Source: Octopus bimaculoides (lineage: Eukaryota). Taken from it: DNA of 64,000 bases. Where the stretch lies: the NCBI RefSeq assembly GCF_001194135.2, contig NC_068988.1:19723961-19787960 (forward strand), given 5' to 3'. The notes under the pieces were generated by a model, which was given only the letters and a program-made list of their open reading frames with translations, did not search any database and was not told the DNA's origin. Each line of letters opens with the position of its first letter. Within the stretch, counting starts at the first letter, position 1. Shown piece by piece: positions 24,975 through 37,036 of the stretch. Position numbers and translations under genes: made by a program.

Positions 24975-25177
24975 GTCTGGCAGAGATGTTATCGCACCAG
25001 ACAGGATGTTTAGTTGCACTTCTTTGGGTTTGACGCACTGAGTTCAAATCTTACCGTAGTCGACATTGCATTTCAATGTTTGGGGTTGATGAAATAAGTG
25101 TCAGTTGAGCACTGGAATTAATGTAATCCACTAGCCTCTAGTCTCTAAAATTCAGGCCTTGTGCCAAAATAGAAAGG

Positions 25178-25216
<39 letters not shown>
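24975..25216 (+). mobile_element. SINE family A (diverged) with (ATT)n tail
   Basis: GAGTTCAAATC B-box; ends GGCCTTGTGCC..AGAAAGG(ATT)n. Confidence 0.8.
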
Positions 25217-25218
<2 letters not shown>

Positions 25219-26300
25219 CCAAGACGTTCCACACTATCCAATATTATGATGAGGATTGAAGATATTGTTTCTGCGGGGGGTTTGTACTGTTTGTTAAGTC
25301 ACAGCAAGGGCGTCAGACAGACATGACTTTAGACAATAAGCGTGCAGTTCCAAGTAAAGCCGATTTTTCCAAAACACCAGATTGTAGGGTATTTCTAAAC
25401 TTTCCAGATGTTTCTTCAGGTTGGGTGGTATTGAACTCAATACTCCGATGAGAATAAGGTCCAATTTTATGTTTGACTCTCATAGCTGCCACATCTTAGC
25501 GATCTTAATTCTCAGGTCTCCATATTTATCAACCTTTTCTCTTTCTTTTTCGATAATATGTTGATCTCTTGGCACTGCCACGTCGATCATTAGGCACTCT
25601 TGCTTGTCCCTCCTAAAGGTTACTATATCCGGCCTTCAGTAATCTAACGCATTGTCTGGTTGGGAGTCAAAGTCTCAGAGGAGTTTTGCCTTCCACTTCT
25701 CGCCCATTACCTTCTCTGGTTAATGTTGGTACCAAACACCCGTTACATCTTATCCATACTTCCGTCACAGTAGCCAGTGGAGGTTTTGGGTTACCTTATC
25801 GTATCTGCGCCTGTACTCTTTCTGCGCAAGACTTTCACAAGCACTAACAATGTGTGTCATGCATTCGACCGTTTTCACACACATATCCATTTTTACTGAG
25901 TTGGTATTCAATGCCTGATCCTCGGCAGTGATGATCAGGCTTTCAGTCTTCTTTTTAAGGTCACCCTTGCTGAGCCACCTCCAAGATGTTTCCTGGACTT
26001 TTAAGTTGTTAGTATCACGGTGAAACTCATCATGTATTGTAATGCGAAGTAGATTGTCTTCTCTCTCGTTAGATATTCGTGATTGGAATTCACTAGCACT
26101 CTCAAGCTCATTGTTGATAAATCCTTCTGCATTACGAGTACACTCTATCAAGTCTTGTTTGCTGTTTACCAAATACTCTGCCATCTTTCTTTTTACACAT
26201 TTGATGTAGTCCAGTACGCGTATCGGGCTACATTCATTTGTTATTATTATTTGAAAATTTCTCAGGATCACGATTTGAAATCTATTTTAGGTTACCATGG
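25217..26300 (-). mobile_element. R4/Dong-like 3' fragment (linker, CCHC, RLE, 3'UTR)
   Basis: WRWLSKGDLKKKTESLIITAEDQALNTN..CVKTVECMTHIVSACESLAQKEYRRRYDKV..RPDIVTFRRDKQECLMIDVAVP..LGTARLLSKV. The (AAT)n tail is shared with the SINE tail. Confidence 0.9.
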
Positions 26301-26525
26301 CAAAAGAAACACAGGTAAATTGCGCTCACAACACTCCGCTCTAGTAATTGTCATCACTATTTCATTCAGTTTCATGGAGTAAATTTGATATCAAATTTAG
26401 TGAGGTTTAGTGGAGGTTATGGCCTTTGATCACCTTTAGAGTGATCACCTTTGGATACTTCGAGCGTAACGTCAATATTTTTTGTCAAGTTGGTGGTTAT
26501 AAACGATTGTTTCATATTTTTCCAG

Positions 26526-26615
26526 TTTCAGAGGAAATTGCAGATATGTTATGTTTATAAGAAAGGGTTGTTTGAACTGAGTGGGTACCGACTGTTCTGT
26601 GCTCACTCATATGAG
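26526..26615 (+). other. candidate exon (90 nt, phase 0-0)
   Basis: TTTCATATTTTTCCAG acceptor, GAG|GTTAGT donor, open frame FQRKLQICYVYKKGLFELSGYRLFCAHSYE. Confidence 0.2.
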
Positions 26616-27560
26616 GTTAGTTTCAGTTTAGATGTCAGTTGTAATATTTTCTAATCATATGTTCTCATGTTTTCTGTTTCTCAGATGCGTAACTTGAAAT
26701 TAGAGTTCGTCTGTTTATAAGGTTGAGCCATAAAAAAAATAATAATAAATAATAATAATAAATAAATAAATAAATAAACAAAATACTTGGTGTTACATTT
26801 TTAGCGGATTTGAAAAGCTATATTCCACCATCTTTCATTCAATCTGTGATATTCCACCCACTTACTTTCACTTTCATATTCTTCACTCTTTATCTGCAAC
26901 GGAATCTGAATGAAGCTATGTTTAGCTTTAAAATTATCAACACACCGATGTGGCATTTAACAAAAATAAACACCACATACCTAACGACTTCACGTAAGTA
27001 CACCTGCGTCAATACTTTCACTTAAATTATGCTATAGACATCCACCGAATTCAGAATATACATACCTGCATTTTACTCTAAATGAAATATCTTTTCAGAT
27101 GGCTATATGGAAGAAAATCTCTTTTAATAATACTATATTGCTATATTCTAACCTGTTTTGGATTTAGTATAATGTATATTCATATATCTTATTTGGTATA
27201 TCTTCCAAGCTGTCATACCTGTGCGATGTTAGCATGCTGTCATATAACAGCCAACATAGACATTTAATCTGACTGTAAACCTGGCTCTGCAAACCAGAAT
27301 GTGCAATAGCGTGTCCTTTTTATGGTATGACATCATATCCTAGCCCCTAATAAACATTGCATATGAGGCTTCTTGACCATTAAGTTCTTTCTGCCCGTTT
27401 ACTTTATTGAACTATTACCTACTAATCTCAATTTAATCTTACATTCTTATTTGAATTGTAAACTGTAAATAACCAAATATAGTCGTAGTTTTAAGTGATG
27501 AGTAACACATTCTACAGGATTTGTCTGCAAGTAAGAGATTAACGATATTTTATATTTTAG

Positions 27561-27735
27561 CAATTAGCATTATATTTTCACCAAATTCATATGGACATTC
27601 TGCAATCGAGCTTGATCTCTACCGAGCCGTTGCAGTTCATCATCATGTACCCACTACATCTATGCAACTCGGATCATACAAAGTCGAACATTATTCGATA
27701 CATTTACCTGTTGGAACGGAACAGTGGTCGGGAAG
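27561..27735 (+). other. candidate exon (175 nt, phase 0-1)
   Basis: TTTTATATTTTAG acceptor, AAG|GTAACT donor. Two reading frames are open across it. Confidence 0.25.
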
Positions 27736-29229
27736 GTAACTGCTGACTTTTTCATCGATAAATTCCAATCCAAAGCTGCGCGTGTTCCTCATTTCTTCTG
27801 TTAGAAACTTGGTTGATAATTATTTGGAACAACATATTTGGGGAATTGTATTTCAATACCTTACTGATACGTTAACAAAAGTCTGTCCTAAAGATTAAGT
27901 GGCCGTGTTTATTTTCAGCTCTCCGTTACCAATTGAGTCACTGAACATGTTATTTTCAGTTAACTGCGTTCTGAGTTCAGATCATAACGCAGTTAAGATC
28001 ATTTCTTTCCTTTGTTTTTATTATACCATTGTTTCACCATTTAATTCAATTGCAAGTAAACGTCTTTTCATTTTTGACACAATTTTTATTAACTCATGAG
28101 AGACAAGATAATAATATGAATTTGAGCTTATCGGGACAGAGCCAGAAAATATAAAGAAACTTAATCAAATAGTTCATAGCTTACATCGTATGACGTAGTT
28201 ATTCGATTATTCTATTTCACGAGGACTCTACTGATTTATTAGTTAATACTCTTTTTGTAAAGGGATACATTACAAAATGTGAATTTTGCTTTGGAAAATA
28301 CAATTATAATGAGGTGAAAGTAGTAAAAAGTAGTTAAAGAGCGTCTGACTAAATTGTGTCCCAGCATAGCCAATTTTCCAGTAAAGGAGGCAAACCGACC
28401 GAGAGATTTGCATTAGATATAATACGGTATATATTCCTAGTATTTACGGCTTTAGTTCAATTCTTGCTGAGACCAACGTTGCCTTAAAAATTTTGTGGAT
28501 TCACAAGAAAAGTTACTAGTGTGTAGCGAAGTATATATATATATATNNNNNNNNNNNNNNNNNNNNNNNNNNNNNNNNNNNNNNNNNNNNNNNNNNNNNN
28601 NNNNNNNNNNNNNNNNNNNNNNNNNNNNNNNNNNNNNNNNNNNNNNNNNNNNNNNNNNNNNNNNNNNNNNNNNNNNNNNNNNNNNNNNNNNNNNNNNNNN
28701 NNNNNNNNNNNNNNNNNNNNNNNNNNNNNNNNNNNNNNNNNNNNNNNNNNNNNNNNNNNNNNNNNNNNNNNNNNNNNNNNNNNNNNNNNNNNNNNNNNNN
28801 NNNNNNNNNNNNNNNNNNNNNNNNNNNNNNNNNNNNNNNNNNNNNNNNNNNNNNNNNNNNNNNNNNNNNNNNNNNNNNNNNNNNNNNNNNNNNNNNNNNN
28901 NNNNNNNNNNNNNNNNNNNNNNNNNNNNNNNNNNNNNNNNNNNNNNNNNNNNNNNNNNNNNNNNNNNNNNNNNNNNNNNNNNNNNNNNNNNNNNNNNNNN
29001 NNNNNNNNNNNNNNNNNNNNNNNNNNNNNNNNNNNNNNNNNNNNNNNNNNNNNNNNNNNNNNNNNNNNNNNNNGTATGCATATATGTATGTATGTATGTA
29101 TGTATATGTATGTATATAAGGAATGAATGAAAGCATCCGTCAGTCTCAAGAGAAATTGGATCTTCATCTGGAAAATTTGTCTCCTGTTGATGTTGTTGCA
29201 GCGTCTGCTGCACTCTCTGAGGCCGACAC

Positions 29230-29981
29230 GGCAGTGGCAACTTTGCATGCATGAAGTTCCTTTCTCGGTTGTGGTTGAGCTTTTTCCCTTTTACCAACCC
29301 GCTGTTGACGACATTTAACATTTCGATAAAAGATCCATTTTTCGTCACCAGTCGCACGTCTATCCAAAAAGAGTAAAATGAGTTCGCGAGAATGGAGAGA
29401 ATAGCAGATGCCAACTAGGGATTTGGGGTTGATTTCGAACAATTCAAGAGGCACCCATTTTAGGAACCTTTCCAAGTTGTTGAAGATGACAATGAAGAGT
29501 TGAATGGTTTTAAGTAAGCTTTATTGCCAATTCTTCAACTGATAATGCAGGATTTTCTTCACGTAATGCCTCAAGGAGCTTATCATCAAACTCAACTGGA
29601 CGTCCAGTTCGATCTTCATCTTCAAGGCTGAAATCGTCACTTCTGAATTTTGCAAACGATCTTCTGCAAGTTCTTTCATTCAAGCATTCTTTCCCATAAA
29701 CTGAGTGCATGTTTTGAGTCGCTTCGGCTGCAGAGCTTCCTTTTTTGTACTCATAAAGTATTATGTACCTCATATGCTCTTTGGATATTTTCATGTTAGA
29801 AATGGTTTTAATCAAAGAAATTTTAATTCTATTATTCTGTAAAATAATATTTAATTAGTTTAAGTGTACACAAATGCATAGAAATATTTTTTAATTCCAT
29901 TAGACATTCTAAAATACTATTGAATTTCATTCAATTTAAAAAAAGGGTAAAATCGGACAGAACTTATGGGTTGACCTGATA
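29230..29981 (-). mobile_element. mariner transposon relic (5' TIR, HTH and start of DD34D domain)
   Basis: TA-TCAGGTCAACCCATAAGTTCTGTCCG terminus at 29981. ORF MKISKEHMRYIILYEYKKGSSAAEAT..LEDEDRTGRPVEFD, then KWVPLEL and TGDEKWIFY motifs. Confidence 0.92.
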
Positions 29982-29984
29982 TCT

Positions 29985-30138
29985 ACGACGGGCTTTTTTC
30001 AGGTTCCGTCTACCAAATCGATTCACAAGGCTTTAGTCGCCCCGAGGCTGTAGTAAAAGACACTTTCCTAAGGTGCCACGCTATGGGACTGAACGCGGAA
30101 CTGTGTTGTTGGTAAGCAAGCTACTTACTACACAGCCA
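29985..30138 (-). mobile_element. SINE family C, 5' half
   Basis: Matches 35530-35670 and 56203-56359. Confidence 0.85.
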
Positions 30139-30447
30139 ACGCTTCTTTTAGAAAGTTGTGGAAATGAATCTATATAATTCCATGCATGCAGTCACTACCC
30201 TTCTTATTAGGCATATCATTTGGTCTTGATATTAATTAAATCATCTTCCATGTGCTAGTTGAAATTTTGTTTGATCAATAATTAAGTTGTCAAACTGACT
30301 CCGCAACATGCTGGTATAGATCATGATACAGACGGAAAGCTTCACACTGTATAAGCTCTTAATTAGGCTCTTTGAAAGCAAGTAACATAATTGCTCAAAA
30401 TAAAACTAAAATATACTAATATATCATAAGTAATTTAATTTTTCCAG

Positions 30448-30506
30448 AATTTTGGCAAACATTATTTGTGAAGTCACAACTTATTAAAAACTATTTTAGC
30501 CGAGAG
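30448..30506 (+). other. candidate exon (59 nt, phase 1-0)
   Basis: AATTTTTCCAG acceptor, consensus GAG|GTAAGT donor, open frame FWQTLFVKSQLIKNYFSRE. Confidence 0.25.
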
Positions 30507-30700
30507 GTAAGTAAATTCTCATCATTTCGTACGTCAATTAAGTCACTTAAATACGTAACTATCAATTAGTAAGTTTCGTCGAATAAGTTGTCACTCTCCT
30601 CAATTCATTTCACATAAGGTGAAATATGAATGTAATACAATAACGTAAAAGTCTCGAACATGGTATCTAGCAGAAGCTGTAGATAATTTCTTATTTGTAC

Positions 30701-30771
<71 letters not shown>

Positions 30772-30773
<2 letters not shown>

Positions 30774-31242
30774 GAGTGAGAGAGGAGTGCATGACATCAA
30801 AGAGACACTGGGGTCAAAATATACGGAGCCCAATATACCCATCATGACTACCCGTCTGATAAGGGTACACCAGGCACATGCATCACAACCATATGTGCGC
30901 GACATGGTGATCTCATATCAAGATAAAGAGCTCATGACCTCGCAGGTGGGGCCCAGTTAGAATTTTCTTCAGGTCGAGTAGCCCATCCCGCTCAAAAGGT
31001 CCCTGAATAAGGTTTGTTTTAGGATATTGAGCTAAGTATCCATGTTTCCAAAGGTGAATTATTCAACCCCTAAAGAATTCCTCACAACACATGGCTATGA
31101 TGCTCCCCACTACTTCTGCTCATGATCAGAGACGCACATATCGTTAGCCAAAAAGGGACATGCTCAAATGGTTAAGGTCAAACAACTGACAAGCAAATCT
31201 GTGGTATTAAGCAGAATATTTGCTGTAGCTCATCTTTTATAC
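30772..31242 (-). mobile_element. family F element, truncated at its 5' end, inside (AAT)n
   Basis: Collinear with 12901-13405. (ATT)n on both sides (30692-30771 and 31243-31378). Confidence 0.85.
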
Positions 31243-31333
<91 letters not shown>

Positions 31334-31378
31334 GTTTTTATTATTATTATTATCATTATTATTATTATTATTATTATT

Positions 31379-33485
31379 AAAAAGGCCATTGCGACCGATG
31401 TGTTAGTAGCGATAATGACCCTTGATCATTTCTTCGAAGCGAAACACGAAGGTTGCGTTGTTAGAGCTAAGGCTCATGCACTCAAACAGGAAGAAACTAA
31501 AGTTGTCTGATGGGCTCGAACGGAGGAAACGTGACGTGGAAACAAAACTACGATCACGTCTTTGACGGATCGAGATAGGCGCATGCTACGCGACTCTGAG
31601 CAGACGCTTACGGTTTTTCAGCAGCACTTCGCACTGCTGTTTGGAGAGGGCGATGGGTCAAGGACAGTACTGGACTTTAGTTCGTAGCTGCACTGCTTGC
31701 CGCGGCTCTCAGCAGCTGCCGTGAGGTTATCCGAAAGGCCGAGAACAGCTGCTGAAATTCGGGACGTAATGAGTGATTGCCCAAGTTGCAGATCGTCCGG
31801 TTTAGATGGTCTTCCCTACGAATTCTATGTATTGAAGCCAGATTTGTTTGGCGACCTCTTAGCAGACATCTACTGCAACTGGCAACAGAAGTGTTGTGAC
31901 GCTGCTGAAGAAGGACAATGATTTTTGTCAAGGTGCTAACGTAAAGGTTGGCGCTTGTAGTCGGCTGCTTGGTCAGAGAAGCGCAAACGTGCGCAATTCC
32001 AAACAGGTCTATCCACGATAGTCTCCGCCTTATGCGATACACCATAGATACGGGTGAGACCACAACTGGCTTTGGGAGTGCTCTGATCCATTTGGATGAA
32101 TCAAAAGCATTCGATAGGGTCGATCATCACTACTTGGAAGCCGTCTTGAAAGCAGATGGTTTCGGACCCGTTTTCAGAGGCTGGATCGGGCACAGCGGTC
32201 TAAGTAAACGGCCACCTATCGAAGCTGTTGGCATAGCACGTTCGATCCGTCAGGGCTGCCTGCTGTCGCCTCTCCTATATGTATTGAAACTCGANNNNNN
32301 NNNNNNNNNNNNNNNNNNNNNNNNNNNNNNNNNNNNNNNNNNNNNNNNNNNNNNNNNNNNNNNNNNNNNNNNNNNNNNNNNNNNNNNNNNNNNNNNNNNN
32401 NNNNNNNNNNNNNNNNNNNNNNNNNNNNNNNNNNNNNNNNNNNNNNNNNNNNNNNNNNNNNNNNNNNNNNNNNNNNNNNNNNNNNNNNNNNNNNNNNNNN
32501 NNNNNNNNNNNNNNNNNNNNNNNNNNNNNNNNNNNNNNNNNNNNNNNNNNNNNNNNNNNNNNNNNNNNNNNNNNNNNNNNNNNNNNNNNNNNNNNNNNNN
32601 NNNNNNNNNNNNNNNNNNNNNNNNNNNNNNNNNNNNNNNNNNNNNNNNNNNNNNNNNNNNNNNNNNNNNNNNNNNNNNNNNNNNNNNNNNNNNNNNNNNN
32701 NNNNNNNNNNNNNNNNNNNNNNNNNNNNNNNNNNNNNNNNNNNNNNNNNNNNNNNNNNNNNNNNNNNNNNNNNNNNNNNNNNNNNNNNNNNNNNNNNNNN
32801 NNNNNNNNNNNNNNNNNNNNNNNNNNNNNNNNNNNNNNNNNNNNNNNNNNNNNNNNNNNNNNNNNNNNNNNNNNNNNNNNNNNNNNNNNNNNNNNNNNNN
32901 NNNNNNNNNNNNNNNNNNNNNNNNNNNNNNNNNNNNNNNNNNNNNNNNNNNNNNNNNNNNNNNNNNNNNNNNNNNNNNNNNNNNNNNNNNNNNNNNNNNN
33001 NNNNNNNNNNNNNNNNNNNNNNNNNNNNNNNNNNNNNNNNNNNNNNNNNNNNNNNNNNNNNNNNNNNNNNNNNNNNNNNNNNNNNNNNNNNNNNNNNNNN
33101 NNNNNNNNNNNNNNNNNNNNNNNNNNNNNNNNNNNNNNNNNNNNNNNNNNNNNNNNNNNNNNNNNNNNNNNNNNNNNNNNNNNNNNNNNNNNNNNNNNNN
33201 NNNNNNNNNNNNNNNNNNNNNNNNNNNNNNNNNNNNNNNNNNNNNNNNNNNNNNNNNNNNNNNNNNNNNNNNNNNNNNNNNNNNNTCATGGATAACGTCT
33301 TGATGTCCTTCGCTTGGCAGTGCTACCGGGAGGGTGGGGGTGCTACCGATTCGAGACAAACTCTGTAGACACGGTTGCGCTGTCAGACGGACTTGTCCAA
33401 GGTGCGTGCAGAGTGACGGAAACCGTTCTGCGCGCTCTCGCGACAGTGTCCGGACATTGTTGACTTGTGGAGTTATGTCGAACAG
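31379..33485 (+). mobile_element. L1/Tx1-type ORF2 relic (RT and C-terminal Cys motif), interrupted by N gap
   Basis: SSGLDGLPYEFY..DLFGDLLA, IPNRSIHD, LDESKAFDRVDH, SIRQGCLLSPLLYVL; after the gap LPIRDKLCRHG..TCPRCVQSD..(fs)QCPDIVDLW. Confidence 0.92.
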
Positions 33486-34358
33486 CGATATCATTAGCCA
33501 ATATCACACCAACGCTCTCTTCACGCAGTATGCCACTATAAAGAGAAGGGAGGCCACAGTACTGTCCTTTGTCGTTACTAATTCTGCGCCTAATTCATTT
33601 AGCAAAACCATAAAACGCTTAATCAAGCTATAGTTATTATTCGTTTATGAGTGACGGCTTGCTGCAATTTAACACCTACAATACGAGAATAAACACTTTT
33701 CAAAACTTAATACAGCTTTTTTTCTTTCTATTTAGGAGTTTTATATTGGCTGCAAAATAGAAAATACAATATTGCTTTTCATATATTGGGAAAATATTCG
33801 TTCTAGATATATGTCCAGACATAATATTTAAGTTAGAAATTCATATAATTAGCGTTGTTGTTAATAACAATAGAATTCAAATAGGGAAACTGAATTTACT
33901 TCAAGAGTAAAATAATAATTTACAGATTTAATCCTCCTTCGAATTCCATTATGACGTAATAATGGTCACATTTTCTCAGTAACATTCAACCTTGCTTATA
34001 TTAATGTCAAACATTTACAGTAAACTAGATACGGACGTGGGAAATTATATAAAATACTTCATCTTTTACGTTCTCAACATACCGTTTATTTTATTTTCAT
34101 ATCGAAATTAGAATTATGTGGTATTGTTATTTAAAACGCAGACGGCATTCAGATATTTAACCTTTGGTTCAGCAGACAGACAGTGAAGTTCTTCCACCGT
34201 CACCAATACTATATTACACATACTACTATCGCGATGCAAATCGAATTCCTAATGACTATATCGTGTGATATCTGGGTAAGTTTTCCTTACCATATACGTA
34301 TATACGTATATAACCATATACATATTTTCACAGAGAAAACATACGTATCGATTTGGAT

Positions 34359-34412
<54 letters not shown>

Positions 34413-34707
34413 AAGCATATACGTGAATATGTACGTATATATATATGAATATATATATAGATGTATACGCACATGTATTCATATATGTACATATATATAT
34501 ATGTGTGTGTGTGTTTACATGTATATGTAGTTATATATATTTATGTGTGTGTGTATATACATGTATATCTATATACATATATATTATATATATATACATA
34601 TATATATGTTGTTGTTTTAACTTTCATGTTTTAATTATGTAAATATACATATATATGCACGCGCGTGTGTGTCTGAATATATGTATATCTATCTACCTAG
34701 ACACAGA

Positions 34708-34724
34708 GATAGATAGATAAATAC

Positions 34725-34804
<80 letters not shown>
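34708..34804. repeat. (AGAT)n tetranucleotide microsatellite
   Basis: Directly visible. Confidence 0.95.
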
Positions 34805-34805
<1 letters not shown>

Positions 34806-35069
34806 AAAATACCGAAAGAGTGAGATAGACAGTGATGCAAAGACAGAGACAGAAAGATAGACAGAGAGAACGTATTCTATATGCTTTGATGCCCGTTATT
34901 TAATTATCTCCGATACAGTCTCTTCCATAAATATCGTATTGAATCTCGTCTAAATATTTTCTTATATCTAGGCATCATCTAATATACCACATATATTAAT
35001 TGTTCCTGTTATCATCTCAAAATCTGTGACCTTGTGTCTACCTGAAAATACTACTCCTTCATCATGATG

Positions 35070-35087
35070 ATGATCAGTATCATCACT

Positions 35088-35142
<55 letters not shown>
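35070..35142. repeat. (ACC)n(ATC)n microsatellite
   Basis: Directly visible. Confidence 0.9.
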
Positions 35143-35210
35143 GCTTTCCCATCTTCTTTGTCTCTGTTCACCTCGTTTTCGTCTTCCACCTAAAATTCTC
35201 TCATCTAATC

Positions 35211-36180
35211 TTACTCTTTTGCTCTTTTACTCTCTTTTACTTGTTTCAGTCATTTGACTGCGGCAATGCTGGAGCACCGCCTTTAGTCGAGAAAATTGAC
35301 CCCAGGACTTTATTCCTTGTAAGCCTAGTATTTATTCTATCGGTCTCTTTTTGCCGAACCGCTAGATTACAGGGACGTAAATATACTAGCATCGGTTGTC
35401 AAGCGACGGTGGGGGGGGGAACAAACACAGACACACAAACACAGACACACAAACACAGACACACAAACACTGACACACAAACACTGACACACAAACACAA
35501 ATACACACACATACGTATATATACATATACACGACAGGTTTCTTTCAGTTTCCGTCTACAAAATCTACTCACAAGGCTTTGGTCGGCCCGAGGCTATAGT
35601 AGAAGACACTTGCCCAAGGTGCCACGCAGTGGGACAGAACCCGGAACCATGTGGTTGGTAAGCAAGCTACTTTATTTCATTTTAATTTGCCATAAAGGCA
35701 GTACACAGAGAGTAGCTACGGGCTGGACAAAGACATTAAAGAGATGAGATGAATGGTGATTAATATGGTATTAATGGGAGAAAACAGGAGCCGCCCGCCG
35801 AACTCTGCTTCTCTAAATCAATGTTCATTTATAAATTTACAATTTGAGGCTATAAACCTCGTGCCGCTGACAGGGTCTCACACTCCGATGGCACATTTCA
35901 TTCCGGAGGGGTCGCTGGTTCGGTCCGCGGCACATAAACGTCCGCCGGCCGCTTGCCATTTCTCTTTTTTCTCTTTTTCTTTTTAGAGGTTTCGGGAGTT
36001 GGGGCCTCACTCGGCACACCCGAGGGGATCTTCACCTCCCCCTCAACCTCTGTTTCAACTGGTGAGCAACCATTATTGCTCACCTTTCGTTTTCTGTTCG
36101 TGGAGACGGGTGCCTCCACGACTTTCTCCGTCTGTCCCTCTACTGGGGGAGCGGGGGACCACACAGCCACTACTGCGCCT
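35211..36180 (-). mobile_element. full-length SINE family C split by a 485-bp insertion
   Basis: The body runs to ...AGCAAGCTACTT (35672) and resumes ACCACACAGCCACTACTGCGCCT (36158-36180). (CTCTTTTA)-type tail at left. Confidence 0.9.
35673..36157 (-). mobile_element. 5'-truncated retroposed insert with Lys/Arg-rich ORF end (LINE ORF1-like or retrocopy)
   Basis: GC-richer than its flanks. Frame PAPPVEGQTEK..TPETSKKKKRKKRNGKRPADVYVPRTEPATPPE*, then a UTR ending GCAAATTAAAATGAAATAAA. Confidence 0.55.
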
Positions 36181-36620
36181 TCATGAAAAATTATACTGTT
36201 ATGTCTGATTTAACATTTGTGCTTTGTATGTTGTAGTGCGGGTGCATCTATGTACCCTGTATACTACAAACCACTATCAGATATATTAACTCTTGCCCAT
36301 AGCCTTCCGTCGAGTGGGCTATGAGTGTTTAGGAAAAAACTCGCTCATATTTGAAACAGCGTTATGGAAAATAGTGGACTATGAATATATGAGTATTACT
36401 CGGGTATCTTTTGAGTGGCTATAAAGATCACCTTTACACTGGAGATTTATGAAAAACAGAGAGAATTGTATTGGCCCTGTTCACCGGAATATCTATTGCA
36501 GTTTGTGTCGCGCTATGTAGCAGTGTTGAATCAGTCAGTGTGTCGGATGAACACAAAGAAACATCGCACTTATACGCTCACACACATGTACTCACAACTA
36601 TGCACTCACATACACATATA

Positions 36621-36669
<49 letters not shown>

Positions 36670-37012
36670 GCTATCTCTCTCTCTCACACACACGCGCGCA
36701 CACACTCATTCTCACACACACATACACACTTACACCTCACACATACGCACGCACGTACACCCCTCTTTCTCTGTGTTTCTCTCTCTTACACACACCTACA
36801 CACACACACACACATACACATATATACATTTATACCATTTACTGACAACTGATTGGTGAGCGCGGTTTTTAGGAGAATAAACTCACACAAGTTTTCTCGC
36901 AATGGAACTGAACCCTAAACCACATTGTTTCGAAGCGAGCTGTTTAATATACAGCTAACGCTTACGTCTATATTTGCAAACTGAGCTTACTCTATGCCTC
37001 TCTGCTTTGCAG

Positions 37013-37036
37013 GGATACAAATGTGACACGGTGTCT
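37013..37036 (+). other. candidate 24-nt microexon (GYKCDTVS in phase 0)
   Basis: CTCTCTGCTTTGCAG acceptor and TCT|GTAAGT donor. Confidence 0.2.
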
